DNA of 64,000 nucleotides from Patescibacteria group bacterium (GTDB lineage Bacteria; Patescibacteriota; Patescibacteriia; JAZDEU01): contig JBHPIX010000001.1 of the NCBI GenBank assembly GCA_042568285.1, positions 539 to 64,538 on the forward strand. The letters run 5' to 3'. Each line of letters opens with the position of its first letter. The first letter of the stretch is position 1. Positions 8,790-20,383 of the stretch are shown piece by piece. A model generated the notes under the pieces. The model saw nothing but the letters and a program-made list of their open reading frames with translations, was not told where the DNA came from and searched no databases. The position numbers and the translations under genes were made by a program.

Positions 8790-9872
8790 ATGAAAGAAAT
8801 GCCATCAGTATTAGTAGCAATGGTAACACCATTTGTTGATATGACTTGTCAATTGGATCATCCTGTAATAAATTTCAAATTGTTTAAAAAACATATTGAA
8901 TTTTTATGCTCCCAAGGAGTTGGACTACTTCCAATGGGAACAACAGGAGAGTCTCCTGTTGTAAGTGACATTGAGCATAAGAAAGTAATACAAATAACAC
9001 AAGAGGAGGTTTGCAAAAAAAAATCTGATATTTTTGTGTTAGCGGGAACAGGATCTAATAGTACATGGGAAGCAGGGCAATATACAGCGACAGCTAAAGC
9101 TTGCGGATGCGACGGGGCGTTGCTTGTAACTCCATATTATAACAAGCCTGCTTCGGAGCAGATGCTTAAAGAATATTTTATTCCTATTGCTAAGAAATTT
9201 CCTGATATGCCGATAATACCTTATCTTATTTCAGGACGGACAGGCAGTGTGTTTGTTCCACCTGATTTAGCAATATTAGTTGACCAGTGTCCTAATGTAG
9301 TCGCTGTAAAGTACGCTGAACCAGAACTTCATAACGCGAGAGAAATTCGTAGGTTGCTGCCTGATCCTGAAAAATTTGGAATTCTTTCAGGGGATGATAA
9401 TAGGACTTTGCAAATCATCACTGATACTAACATTAAAGCATGCGGAGTTATTTCGGTCATGGGGAATATTGTTCCAGCGGCTATCAAGGAAATGTGCGAT
9501 TTAGCTTTGGTAGGCAGAAAAGTTGAAGCTTCTTATATTCAAGAAAAATTAAAGCCATTGTTTGGATTAGTTAGTGTTAGCGGTTCAAGAACAATTGATG
9601 TTCCCGGAGATAAATTATATTATTTGGATAAATATCCAAATCCCGGACCTATTAAAACAATAATGAATGGGCTTGGAATAAATGCAGGTCATTGCGCTCC
9701 GCCTCTTGGGAAGATGTCATTGTTGTTGGTTCAAATTATTAGAGATATTGTTCGCAAAGTTTGGAGAACATACCCTGAGTGTTTACATCCTCTTGCTGAT
9801 TTTTATGATTTGGATATAGAGGAGCGATTAGAAGATGACGATGTTTGGCATCAGTTGGCTTATGAGGAATAA
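8790..9872 (+). CDS. DapA-family aldolase (4-hydroxy-tetrahydrodipicolinate synthase / N-acetylneuraminate lyase family) with C-terminal extension
   Basis: GTTGESP motif, YYNKP, candidate Schiff-base K in VVAVKYAE; start at MKEMPSV. Confidence 0.65.
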   Translation: MKEMPSVLVAMVTPFVDMTCQLDHPVINFKLFKKHIEFLCSQGVGLLPMGTTGESPVVSDIEHKKVIQITQEEVCKKKSDIFVLAGTGSNSTWEAGQYTATAKACGCDGALLVTPYYNKPASEQMLKEYFIPIAKKFPDMPIIPYLISGRTGSVFVPPDLAILVDQCPNVVAVKYAEPELHNAREIRRLLPDPEKFGILSGDDNRTLQIITDTNIKACGVISVMGNIVPAAIKEMCDLALVGRKVEASYIQEKLKPLFGLVSVSGSRTIDVPGDKLYYLDKYPNPGPIKTIMNGLGINAGHCAPPLGKMSLLLVQIIRDIVRKVWRTYPECLHPLADFYDLDIEERLEDDDVWHQLAYEE

Positions 9873-9911
9873 CTAAATTTTAATGGAATAAAGATATGAA
9901 AGGAATATATA

Positions 9912-11090
9912 ATGGAAAAAGATATGTATAAAGAATTAGGAGTTGATTCTGACAAGTCAGATATAGCTAAAACATTTGATGAAGTTAATGATAATGACTT
10001 CCCAAATGCTTTTTGCAATATGCTTACTGATCCAAAAAATTCTGATATGTTAATTATTAAACATGCGGACGGGGTAGGGAGCAAAAGTGTTCAAAGGTAT
10101 TTGCATTATTTACAAACAGGCGATAAAACAATTTTTCAAGGAGACATTTTTGACGCGGTTTCTATGAATACAGGCGACATAGCAGCAGTTGGGGCTGTGT
10201 TTTGCCCTTATATCGCTACTAACACAACAGCTATAAATGCTATAAATGTTAACAAAAATCTTATAAAAGAACAGTTTGCCATAGGAATTAAAAAAATAAA
10301 AGAGCTATACAGAAAATATTGCTTTGACTTTTTCTGGCTTGGAGGAGAAACTGCTGATTTGCCTGACCAGACTTCTTCTTATATTTTAGATGTTGATATT
10401 TATACTAGAGTTGAAAGACAAAAAGCTATCATAGGAAATGTTGAGCACGACGATATTATTTTTGGTTTTTCAAGTGGAGGCAGAGCTATCTGGGAAGAAA
10501 AAAAGAATTCAGGGCAGATGTCTAATGGTCTTACTATGAACAGAATCGCGCTTATGCATTCAGATTATACTAAAAAATATCCTTTTTTATTTCGCAATGA
10601 AGCTCCATGTCGTGGCAAATATGAAGTTTATGATTATTTAGATGATTTAGGCATGACAGTTAGCGATGCGCTTACTTGTCCAACTCGGCAATGGGCGATT
10701 GTTGTAAAAATGCTTATTGAAGAACTTGAGAAAAATAATGCTTTGCATCTATTGCACGGAATGTGCATGAATACAGGAGGAGGGAACACTAAGATTAAAA
10801 ATATAGGCAATAATATTAAGTATGTTAAAATACTTCCAAAGCCATTGCCGTTATTTAGATTAGTTCAATCTGAAACAGGCGAATCTTGGAAAAATATGTA
10901 TCAAGCCCAGAATATGGGAATAGGATTTGAAGTTGTTGGTTCTGCAGAAGGCGGATTTTTAAAAAATGCAATTGAAGAAGTTTCTAAAAAAACAAATGTG
11001 AGAAGTTATCTTTTGGGAAAATGTTATAATTCACCAGAAGATAAAAATCAAGTTGTTCTTGATACTGATTATGGGATTTTTGAGTATTGA
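9912..11090 (+). CDS. PurM-like (AIR synthase-related) protein
   Basis: LGVD...DGVGSK resembles PurM GVD...DGVGTK N-terminal motifs; family assignment only. Confidence 0.45.
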   Translation: MEKDMYKELGVDSDKSDIAKTFDEVNDNDFPNAFCNMLTDPKNSDMLIIKHADGVGSKSVQRYLHYLQTGDKTIFQGDIFDAVSMNTGDIAAVGAVFCPYIATNTTAINAINVNKNLIKEQFAIGIKKIKELYRKYCFDFFWLGGETADLPDQTSSYILDVDIYTRVERQKAIIGNVEHDDIIFGFSSGGRAIWEEKKNSGQMSNGLTMNRIALMHSDYTKKYPFLFRNEAPCRGKYEVYDYLDDLGMTVSDALTCPTRQWAIVVKMLIEELEKNNALHLLHGMCMNTGGGNTKIKNIGNNIKYVKILPKPLPLFRLVQSETGESWKNMYQAQNMGIGFEVVGSAEGGFLKNAIEEVSKKTNVRSYLLGKCYNSPEDKNQVVLDTDYGIFEY

Positions 11091-11119
11091 TCTTTAAATT
11101 AATAGTATAGATATTTATT

Positions 11120-11165
11120 AGGGCGAATTTTCAGGTTATAAACTTGAAAATTCGCCCTTTTTTTT
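11120..11165 (+). terminator. rho-independent terminator (gggcgaattttcaggttataaacttgaaaattcgccc + T9)
   Basis: long perfect stem plus T-run. Confidence 0.65.
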
Positions 11166-11188
11166 GTTTTTTGGTATAATTGTAGTTA

Positions 11189-11387
11189 GTCTATAAAGTT
11201 CATAAAGTCTATAAAGTCGTAAAGTCTGTAAAGAAAGTATGTTGTCATTCCGCACTTGATGCGGAATCTAGTTGTTTAAAAGTGTATCTTAACTAACTGG
11301 ATCCCGCATAATCGTTGCTACGATTTGCGGGATGACAAAAGGGAAGTGTCAAGCCTCGGCGAGCCGGCGGGTAAGCACGGGATGACA
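11189..11387. repeat. composite repeat: tandem ~10-mers (ctataaagtc x5) followed by R-family palindromes; left inverted copy flanking the peptidase gene
   Basis: reverse complement of block at 12346-12486. Confidence 0.65.
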
Positions 11388-11449
11388 AAACATAAGTAAT
11401 CGTGGTATGACAAGAAAACACCAATCCCATATAACATCAAATATAATTT

Positions 11450-12313
11450 ATGCTTAAAAAAATAATACTTATAATATCAATAATAGTCGCGTTGTTTTTT
11501 GTAATTCCTTTTGCGTTGCGTGATCCTAATGCTTCTTTATTAAATGAATCAGAAGAAATAACTTGGCAGATGTTTTTAGTGGATGAACAAGAACAAAAGG
11601 ATGATGTTGTGGCTGATGTTTTTTTGAAAGAAGAAATTTTAGTAAATGAAATAGAAAAAAATGAGCAAGCTAATTCTGAAAAAGTTAAGTTGCTTGTAAT
11701 TGACGATAATGAGGAAAAAATAGATGAGCGAAATGTTTTTTTAAAAGTTCCATTCACTCCGCAGGCTCCTTTTGCGAATTGGGATGATGTTCGCCAGCAG
11801 GATGGATGTGAAGAAGCGTCTGTCCTAATGGCAATGAGATGGATTGAAAATAAACAATTATCGCTTGAGGAGGCGGAAAAGGAAATTATTGCTATTTCAG
11901 AATATGAAAAAAGAGAATATGGAGAAGCTATTGATACCTCAGTTCAAGATACTGTTAGTAGAATTATAAAAGGATATTTTAAATATGAAAATAGTAAAGT
12001 AAAAGAAGATATAAATTTAGAAGATATTAAACAAGAAATTTTTAAAGGAAATCTTGTAATTGTTCCAATGGACGGCATAAAGTTAAATAATCCGTATTAT
12101 ACTCCTCCTGGACCTGAACGGCATATGCTTGTTATTAGGGGATATGATACTGAAAAAAAAGAATTTATCACTAATGATCCTGGCACTAAAAAAGGTGAAG
12201 CGTATTATTATCCTGAACAGCATTTTTTTAATTCTATTAGAGATTATTTAACAGGAGATCATAAGCCGATTGAAGTGGTGGAAAAGAATATTATAATAGT
12301 TGGGGGGGAGTAA
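11450..12313 (+). CDS. membrane-anchored papain-like cysteine peptidase (Peptidase_C39_2-like)
   Basis: N-terminal TM helix; PFTPQAPFANWDDVRQQDGCEEASVLMA matches the C39_2 N-terminal Q...C motif; downstream His in ERHMLVIRGYD. Confidence 0.45.
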   Translation: MLKKIILIISIIVALFFVIPFALRDPNASLLNESEEITWQMFLVDEQEQKDDVVADVFLKEEILVNEIEKNEQANSEKVKLLVIDDNEEKIDERNVFLKVPFTPQAPFANWDDVRQQDGCEEASVLMAMRWIENKQLSLEEAEKEIIAISEYEKREYGEAIDTSVQDTVSRIIKGYFKYENSKVKEDINLEDIKQEIFKGNLVIVPMDGIKLNNPYYTPPGPERHMLVIRGYDTEKKEFITNDPGTKKGEAYYYPEQHFFNSIRDYLTGDHKPIEVVEKNIIIVGGE

Positions 12314-12345
12314 TAGTAAATATAATCAATTTAAATTTTACTTAA

Positions 12346-12486
12346 TGTCATCCCGCACTTGATGCGGGATCCATTTCTGGATTCCGTGTCAAGCACGGAA
12401 TGACATAAACATATACTATTTCTAATTTCTAAATTTTCGACTTTACAGACTTTACGGACTTTCGACTTTACGACTTTATAGACTAA
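12346..12486. repeat. composite repeat right inverted copy (R-family hairpins + gactttatag tandem 10-mers)
   Basis: inverted partner of 11189-11387. Confidence 0.65.
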
Positions 12487-12492
12487 TTTTAT

Positions 12493-12897
12493 ATGAAAAA
12501 AGTAATGGTTTTTGGGACATTTGATATATTTCATAAAGGGCATCAGAGTTTTTTAAAGCAAGCAAGAGGATACGGAACATATTTGATAGTTGTAATTGCT
12601 AGAGATCGCACTGTGATTAATTTAAAGGGGAAAATGGCTAAAAATAGCGAAAAAATGCGCGCCAAAATAATTATGTCTAGTGGATTAGCAGATAAGGTAA
12701 TTTTAGGGCAATTAAGAAATAAATATAATATTATTAAGAAATATAGCCCAGATGTTATATGTTTAGGGTATGATCAGTTTAGTTTTTCTGAAGGATTAAA
12801 TAATAAATTGAGAGAGTTTGGCTTAAATAAGGCAAAAATTGTCCGCTTGAATGCATTTTGTCTAGATATTTATAAATCGTCAAAATTGGCATCTTGA
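12493..12897 (+). CDS. cytidylyltransferase-like nucleotidyltransferase (TagD / glycerol-3-phosphate cytidylyltransferase-like)
   Basis: GTFDIFHKGHQ HxGH motif at N-terminus, 134 aa. Confidence 0.6.
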   Translation: MKKVMVFGTFDIFHKGHQSFLKQARGYGTYLIVVIARDRTVINLKGKMAKNSEKMRAKIIMSSGLADKVILGQLRNKYNIIKKYSPDVICLGYDQFSFSEGLNNKLREFGLNKAKIVRLNAFCLDIYKSSKLAS

Positions 12898-13031
12898 CAA
12901 TTTTTTAAAATATGCTATAATAAAGATATCATACAGAAAATAAGTGTTAAAAATTTAGATTATTTATTTTTTAATTTAGGCTTTCATTTTATGTTTGTTA
13001 TTTTGAAAAAAAAATAATAAATTGTAATGAA

Positions 13032-13382
13032 ATGCTAGAAAACAGTATGGCAGTTAAAGATCAAGAGTTTGTGGAACAAGTTGTAAAATCCATTGTTTCT
13101 CATCCCGAAGATGTATCAACAGAAAGAACTGTTGATGAAAGGGGAGTTCTAATCACATTAAAAATTAATCAGGAAGATATGGGTTATGTGATTGGAAGAA
13201 AAGGTCAAACAGCAAGAGCTATTCGCACATTGGTAAAAATAGTTGGAGCTCAGAATAATGCTCGCGTAAATTTGAAAATTGAGGAGCCAGAAGGTTCTAT
13301 GAGACGAACTTCAGAAGCTTCTGAAGTTTCAACAGATGCTTCTGATATTTCAACAGACGCTGTTGACGAATTAAAAATATAA
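13032..13382 (+). CDS. KH-domain RNA-binding protein (KhpA-like) with acidic C-terminal tail
   Basis: GYVIGRKGQTARAIRTL KH GXXG motif. Confidence 0.7.
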   Translation: MLENSMAVKDQEFVEQVVKSIVSHPEDVSTERTVDERGVLITLKINQEDMGYVIGRKGQTARAIRTLVKIVGAQNNARVNLKIEEPEGSMRRTSEASEVSTDASDISTDAVDELKI

Positions 13383-13405
13383 TACATTATAATTAAATAA
13401 TATAA

Positions 13406-13431
13406 AGACCGTGGTTCGCCACGGTTTTTAT
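13406..13431 (+). terminator. rho-independent terminator (accgtggttcgccacggt + T-run)
   Basis: stem-loop plus TTTTTAT. Confidence 0.6.
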
Positions 13432-13485
13432 ATTGCTTTTATTTAGTGGAAAGGATATAATTAATTTAATATCATTGTCATCCCG

Positions 13486-13577
13486 CACTTGATGTCCGCC
13501 TAGGCTCGAGCTAGTCGAGACTGGCGGGATCTAACATCAAGTTTAACACTGGATTCCGCGTCAAGCGCGGAATGACA
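13486..13577. repeat. R-family composite palindromic repeat
   Basis: gtcatcccgcacttgatgtccgcctaggctcgagctagtcgagactggcgggat...gcggaatgaca. Confidence 0.7.
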
Positions 13578-13616
13578 AAAAGTATAAGTTATTTTATAAC
13601 AATAGAGCAATATAAT

Positions 13617-14276
13617 ATGACATATTATATATTAACAATTTTTCCAGATATTTTTGCTTCGTATGTTAATGAAAGTATTCTTAAACGAGCGCAAGAAAAA
13701 AGGATTATTAAAATTAAACCAATAAATTTTAGAGATTATACTGCTGATAAGCATAAAACAGTTGATGACAAACCGTATGGAGGGGGGACAGGAATGGTAA
13801 TGAAAGTAGATCCAATATATAAAGCTTTAAAAAATTTAAAGCGACTTAATGGAAAGAGCAGGATTATTTTATTAACTCCGCAAGGTAAAAAATTTAGCCA
13901 TAAAATAGCTCAACGGCTTTCTAAATATGAAAATGTTGTTTTTGTATGCGGTAGATATGAAGGCATTGACGCGCGCGTTGAAAAATTTGTTGATGAAAAA
14001 ATTTCAATTGGCGATTATGTTGTAACTGGCGGGGAATTGCCTGCTATGGTTATGATTGATAGTATTACACGATTGCTTCCAGGAGTTTTGGGAAATAAAA
14101 ATTCAATAAAAGAAGAAAGTCATTCTTCTGTAGGAATGATAGAATATCCTCAATATACACGACCTGAAGTTTTTGAAGCGGATGGTAAAAAAATAAAAGT
14201 CCCAAAGGTGCTTTTATCTGGCGATCATAAAAAAATCGCTGAGTGGCGGGGTAAGAATATGAAGAAAGCAAAGTAA
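13617..14276 (+). CDS. trmD: tRNA (guanine37-N1)-methyltransferase
   Basis: ILTIFPDIF, PYGGGTGMVM, VCGRYEGIDAR, VVTGGELPAMVMIDSITRLLPGVLG; start after the repeat. Confidence 0.9.
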   Translation: MTYYILTIFPDIFASYVNESILKRAQEKRIIKIKPINFRDYTADKHKTVDDKPYGGGTGMVMKVDPIYKALKNLKRLNGKSRIILLTPQGKKFSHKIAQRLSKYENVVFVCGRYEGIDARVEKFVDEKISIGDYVVTGGELPAMVMIDSITRLLPGVLGNKNSIKEESHSSVGMIEYPQYTRPEVFEADGKKIKVPKVLLSGDHKKIAEWRGKNMKKAK

Positions 14277-14462
14277 ATATTAACCTCCACCATAAACTCC
14301 ATATCTATATCCAGATCAGATGTCAATTCTAGGCTCTGATTTTTTTATTTAATTTATATGTCATTATATATAATTTTTAATCTCTTAACTTACATAAATC
14401 AATAAAAAAGGCAAGGATTAAGAATTTTTTTTATAATTCTTCATCCTTGCCATGCAATATGT

Positions 14463-15920
14463 TTAGTGGTGTCTTATGTAAATGCCATTATTTGTGGCAA
14501 TTACATCAAAGTTTTTTCCTCTATCCATTGACCAGACGATTAAACCATCGCCTGTCAATCCGTTATTATAGTTTGTCCAATTTTGACCATCATACAGCTT
14601 TATTCCAGAGCCGTAGGTAAGAGCAAAAATTTCTGTTGATGAATGAACATAATATCCTTGAAGTTCAAGGATCTGGATAGATATTTCTGTCCAATCTGCT
14701 CCTTTATTTGTGGAATAGAAATTACCGCAATATATTTTATCTGAGTCAGCGAAGGCGATTCCGGCGCCAGTTGAGATGCTATATTTGTCCCAAGTATCTC
14801 CGCCGTTATAGCTTAGGCGCGCGTATTTATCAATTGTATTATACACTGCCACAGTTCCATCAGAAGCTACATCAACCGCATCAAAAATAGAATTTATAGT
14901 TTGTAAGACATTTTCAGCTGTTGCCCAATTATCAGTAGTTTTCCATACGCCAGAATCCATTGTGCTTACATACCATGTTCTACTGTTCTTATCGCTTGGG
15001 TCAAAAGCGATTGTACCGACATATTCAAATTCAGTGTTTTCTAAATTTACATGACGATAAGTTTCAAATTTATTAAAACTTATGTATAGTCCGTTACCCC
15101 AAGAGGAGGCAAAAACTTTTTCAGGTCTAATTGTAGAGATTTCAATATCAGAAATTTTTACATCATTTAAATCGCTTTGTTCCCATGTTTTTCCAGAATC
15201 TTTGGAAATCCAAAGACCAGCAATCCCTACTCCAGCATAAATTGTGTTTGGATCATCCCTGTCTATTACTACAGAACGGCAAGTAATCCCATCAAATCCT
15301 AGTTGTATCCAATCTGTTTCTACAACAGGCGGATCTATTATGGGTTCATTAGGATCAGAATTTTCAATAACTATAGAATTGTTTTCATAATCTATAGGTT
15401 GATTGTTTATTATTACATCTAGCTCTATATTTATTATCGAGTTTTCAGATGAAGAATCTACAACCTCTACATCTGTTGGAGAGTTTTGCGACTGTGATGA
15501 AGATGAATCATCTTCTATTGTCATTGAAGAATCTTGCGATGAAGAATCTTCTATTGTTATTGAAGATGAATCTTCGCATCCTGAGCAATCTTGGCACCCT
15601 GCGCAATCAGAGCATTCTTCACAATCAACGCACTCTTCACAGTCAACACATTCTTCACAATCGGGGCAGTTAGTGTCTGGGCAATTACAGTCTGCATAAT
15701 CTGAGCAATCAGTACAATTACAATCTGGCAATATGTAATCTGGGTTATTTGAGTTATTACAGTTTATAGAATTACAATCTATATGGATATTGTAATTTTT
15801 TTGGCATTCTTCTGAATTGCATTCTTCATAGATTTTTTCAGTCCCACCGCATCCAGAAATGAATAATGCAATTATAACAATCAATACAATACCGAAATTT
15901 TTAAAAAATTTGTTTGTCAT
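14463..15920 (-). CDS. lipoprotein with Cys-rich acidic repeats and BNR/Asp-box beta-propeller repeats
   Basis: signal+lipobox LFISGCGG; repeated CxxC acidic units; SKDSGKTW, YNGGDTW, STNKGADW Asp-box motifs. Confidence 0.55.
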   Translation of the reverse strand: MTNKFFKNFGIVLIVIIALFISGCGGTEKIYEECNSEECQKNYNIHIDCNSINCNNSNNPDYILPDCNCTDCSDYADCNCPDTNCPDCEECVDCEECVDCEECSDCAGCQDCSGCEDSSSITIEDSSSQDSSMTIEDDSSSSQSQNSPTDVEVVDSSSENSIINIELDVIINNQPIDYENNSIVIENSDPNEPIIDPPVVETDWIQLGFDGITCRSVVIDRDDPNTIYAGVGIAGLWISKDSGKTWEQSDLNDVKISDIEISTIRPEKVFASSWGNGLYISFNKFETYRHVNLENTEFEYVGTIAFDPSDKNSRTWYVSTMDSGVWKTTDNWATAENVLQTINSIFDAVDVASDGTVAVYNTIDKYARLSYNGGDTWDKYSISTGAGIAFADSDKIYCGNFYSTNKGADWTEISIQILELQGYYVHSSTEIFALTYGSGIKLYDGQNWTNYNNGLTGDGLIVWSMDRGKNFDVIATNNGIYIRHH

Positions 15921-16120
15921 TTTAATTTCCCTTTCTTTTTGTTAAATGACGTTTTTAGAAAAATGAAAAAATTTTCCCTATAAAATTCCTCCTTTCTTTT
16001 TGTTTTATCAATGAACTACGTTAAAAACATTACGATTCCGTACTAAAAGTTTTTAAACCCCACCCTTACCCCTCATATTTAATATAAAACTTTACCATAA
16101 CATTGTAAAATAGTCAATGC

Positions 16121-16149
16121 CTTGACGGAAGAAATAAAAAAGTGTAAGA
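16121..16149 (+). promoter_or_regulatory. candidate sigma70-like promoter TTGACG-17nt-TAAGAT
   Basis: spacing 17 nt, immediately 5' of CIRCE. Confidence 0.35.
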
Positions 16150-16159
16150 TTATGATAAT

Positions 16160-16186
16160 CTGGCACTCGGAGCAAGAGAGTGCTAA
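16160..16186 (+). promoter_or_regulatory. CIRCE operator (HrcA site) TGGCACTC-N9-GAGTGCTAA
   Basis: matches TTAGCACTC-N9-GAGTGCTAA consensus in 16/18 positions; about 230 nt upstream of groES. Confidence 0.7.
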
Positions 16187-16413
16187 GGGGAGGTAATTTT
16201 AAATTTTAAATTTCAAATTTTAAAAAAACCTGCCCGACTTTGTCATTCAGGCGGGTATCAAATATTAAATTTTAAATAACCAAAGTTTTGTTTTTAAAAA
16301 TTTTATTTTAATAATAAATTACGATAATCTTAATATTTTTCCCGTGTAAATTAAAATAGTCATCTATATTATAGATATGATTTATGCGCTGTAAAAATAT
16401 TTTGAAATTAGTT

Positions 16414-16701
16414 ATGGATATTAAACCTTTAGCGGATAGGGTTATCCTAAAACCAATCCAAAAAGAAGAGGCGACTAAATCAGGAATTATTCTTCCTGAT
16501 ACAGTTGATAAAGAACGTCCTGAAAAAGGAGAGGTAATTGCTGTTGGTCAGGGTAAATTATTAAATGATGGGACACGAGCTCAGATGAGCGTTAAGCAGG
16601 GCGATCAAGTTATGTTTAAAAAATATAGTCCAGATGAAATTAAAATAGATAATGAAGATTATCTTGTCATTTCGGAAGAGGATATATTGGCTATTATTTA
16701 A
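16414..16701 (+). CDS. groES: co-chaperonin GroES
   Basis: MDIKPLADRVILKP...GEVIAVGQG typical GroES; real start at second Met of track ORF. Confidence 0.9.
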   Translation: MDIKPLADRVILKPIQKEEATKSGIILPDTVDKERPEKGEVIAVGQGKLLNDGTRAQMSVKQGDQVMFKKYSPDEIKIDNEDYLVISEEDILAII

Positions 16702-16776
16702 GTGGAACCTGATTTGCAAGATAAAAAGTGGCAAGTAATAAATGAGGCATGTAGAAATGCTATGTAATAATGAGGT

Positions 16777-16840
16777 TGTCATCCCGCGCTTGACGCGGGA
16801 TCCAATAGTGAGTAGATCCCGCATCAAGCGCGGGATGACA
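16777..16840. repeat. R-family double hairpin (tgtcatcccgcgcttgacgcgggat ... atcccgcatcaagcgcgggatgaca)
   Basis: in groES-groEL spacer. Confidence 0.7.
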
Positions 16841-16912
16841 TAAACAAAATTTAAAATTAAAAATTTTTAAGTAATTAGGTGGGTGATAAAAAATTAGTCA
16901 ATTAGTTCCCCT

Positions 16913-16990
16913 CTATCAGAGGGGACAGGGGTGTGTTTTAGTGAATTCAAGCGCTACACACCCCTAACCCCTCTCAAGAGGGGAACTATC
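16913..16990. repeat. two GC-rich hairpin elements in inverted orientation (agttcccctctatcagaggggacaggggtgtgt ... acacacccctaacccctctcaagaggggaactatc)
   Basis: read directly; just upstream of groEL. Confidence 0.65.
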
Positions 16991-16997
16991 TGAGTGA

Positions 16998-18680
<1,683 letters not shown>

Positions 18681-18683
18681 CCT

Positions 18684-18746
18684 GTGGGGGGCTACAGCGT
18701 AATAGCTCCCCCCCTTTCGGAGGGGGGGATAAAGGGGGGGTGTGGT
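18684..18746. repeat. GC-rich hairpin element(s), probable bidirectional terminator between groEL and DUF4342 gene
   Basis: ggggggctacagcgtaatagctcccccc and ctcccccc-ctttcgg-aggggggg hairpins. Confidence 0.5.
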
Positions 18747-18803
18747 CTGTGATATTATAAAAAAGAGAGGATTTTTCCTCTCTTTTTTGTTTAGCGTGAT
18801 GGT

Positions 18804-19058
18804 TTATTTTTTCTCAACTACAATAGTGCATTTTGTGAGCAGGGCAGCCAATGCTCCGACTGCGGCTAAAACTGGAGCGACAAGCGCTCCAACAGCGCCA
18901 ATTGTCAAAGGCACTTCAAGCATTGTTTCTCCTTTTTCGTTTTTAATGCTAATTTTTCTCGCGCTTCCTTCCTTGATTAGCTCTTTGACTTTTTTTACAA
19001 TTTCATCTCCTGAAACTTTAAACTCTTCTTTTTTTGTTGTTTTAGTTTTTTTAGTCAT
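18804..19058 (-). CDS. DUF4342-like small protein
   Basis: EVKGSEIVEKVKELIKEGxxRRIxIKxExGxTxLEIPLTIG..LAPVLAAVGA pattern recalled for DUF4342. Confidence 0.45.
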   Translation of the reverse strand: MTKKTKTTKKEEFKVSGDEIVKKVKELIKEGSARKISIKNEKGETMLEVPLTIGAVGALVAPVLAAVGALAALLTKCTIVVEKK

Positions 19059-19082
19059 ATTTTGTTTATCAAAAGTTACAAT

Positions 19083-19125
19083 AGTTCTCCCCTTCCCAGA
19101 GGGGGAGATAAAGAGGGGGTGTTAT
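19083..19125. repeat. GC-rich hairpin element (reverse orientation) upstream of DUF4342 gene
   Basis: ctccccttcccagagggggagataaagagggggtgtta. Confidence 0.55.
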
Positions 19126-19268
19126 AGTTATTACAATTTATTTATTATTATCTTCTTTAATGCCCATAATTATTACATAGCTAAAAAGCGCTAAAAATAA
19201 TATTGCAAGTATAATTATCATCATATATGTTTAGTATAAGACTTTAGAGTTTTATTGTCAAAGTTTTT

Positions 19269-19574
19269 TTACTTTACAAACTCTATTTTAAGATTGCGAT
19301 TAAGCGCGGAAGCGATTTTTTGGACGGTTGCGATTGTAAAATTTTGTTCACCGGCTTCCATCCTTGCTATATTGCTTTGTTTTGCGCCGATTTTTTTCGC
19401 AAGATCTGATTGGGATATTCCAGCCTGTTTCCGCAGTTGCAAAATTTTATAAGAAATCTCTAACTGCTTTGCATATTCATCATAATATTTTTTTATTTTC
19501 GGATCCTTTAATTGCTCGGATAGGTATTCCTGAAAATCTATAATTTTTTTTTGGTTTTTGTATAGTTTATTCAT
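19269..19574 (-). CDS. higA: XRE-family HTH antitoxin (HigA-like)
   Basis: HTH_3 motif ISQSDLAKKIGAKQSNIARME; 8-nt overlap with upstream toxin gene. Confidence 0.65.
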   Translation of the reverse strand: MNKLYKNQKKIIDFQEYLSEQLKDPKIKKYYDEYAKQLEISYKILQLRKQAGISQSDLAKKIGAKQSNIARMEAGEQNFTIATVQKIASALNRNLKIEFVK

Positions 19575-19905
19575 ATATATCTTTTTTATTTATAACATCG
19601 TAATAATTTTGTTCTGCTTTTTTAATTTCGGAAAGAGGAGTTTTAGAGGTGTTTTTTAAAAAAGCGTGGAGCAGGATAATATTTTTACCAATAAAGGTAA
19701 AGTAAAAAATTCTATGTCTATTTTTAGAAAAATCAAACGGTTCATCAAGAACACCTTTGTTTATTCGCAAAAAATCAATATATTTTAAAATCTTAGCCTT
19801 TTCTTTATCACGCAAGTTTTCAATATAGTCTAATACTGGGCTATTATAATTCTTTGTGTCTTTATAAAATTTTACTTTATAAGTTACATTGTTATTATAT
19901 ACCAT
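19567..19905 (-). CDS. higB: RelE/ParE-superfamily toxin, HigB / Gp49-like
   Basis: C-terminal IFYFTFIGKNIILLHAFLKNTSKTPLSEIKKAEQNY typical of Gp49/HigB family. Confidence 0.6.
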   Translation of the reverse strand: MVYNNNVTYKVKFYKDTKNYNSPVLDYIENLRDKEKAKILKYIDFLRINKGVLDEPFDFSKNRHRIFYFTFIGKNIILLHAFLKNTSKTPLSEIKKAEQNYYDVINKKDIYE

Positions 19906-19948
19906 ATATGATATATGTCAATAGGGTGATAAAACATGTTGTTCTATA

Positions 19949-20383
19949 TTAACTAAAATTAAATATCCTTTTCCCAATAAACTTTTCTATATACTCTACA
20001 ACCTCTTTTTTAGCTTCAGGCGGGCTGGCCGCTACCCATCGAGCAACATTATAAAGTTCAGTCGTATTAGTTTTTAACCATTTTTTATTTAGAGCTAAAA
20101 AAATTAATAGGGTAGTGACAGCTATTCTTTTATTTCCATTTTGAAATGGATGATTTTTTATTAAAAGATAAAAAAGGATGGCTACTTTGCCACTTAATCC
20201 TTTATATAAAAATTGCTTATTGAATTTTTGAAAAGGAGTTGCAATGCAACTTTCAAGTATGTTTGGCTGTCTAGTATTAAATTCAGGAATAGGCTCATCC
20301 CAACTCATAGTCTGGACAGCAAGTTGATGAGCAATATATTTGATGTGTTCAATTGTTATGTTATTTATTTTATTCATCTCCAA
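19949..20383 (-). CDS. doc: Doc-family toxin (Fic/Doc fold)
   Basis: HPFQNGNKRIAVT matches the Doc variant of the Fic motif HxFx(D/N)GNKR. Confidence 0.75.
   Translation of the reverse strand: MEMNKINNITIEHIKYIAHQLAVQTMSWDEPIPEFNTRQPNILESCIATPFQKFNKQFLYKGLSGKVAILFYLLIKNHPFQNGNKRIAVTTLLIFLALNKKWLKTNTTELYNVARWVAASPPEAKKEVVEYIEKFIGKRIFNFS

Noticed and set aside
16561-16827. 88-aa minus-strand ORF containing SRVKRGMT
   Set aside because: The SRVKRGMT peptide is simply one frame of the R-family repeat and appears in several spurious ORFs (also 35605, 51452, 53380).
18742-19194. 150-aa plus-strand ORF
   Set aside because: Antisense to the DUF4342-like gene and runs through GC-hairpin repeats; hydrophobic low-complexity translation.
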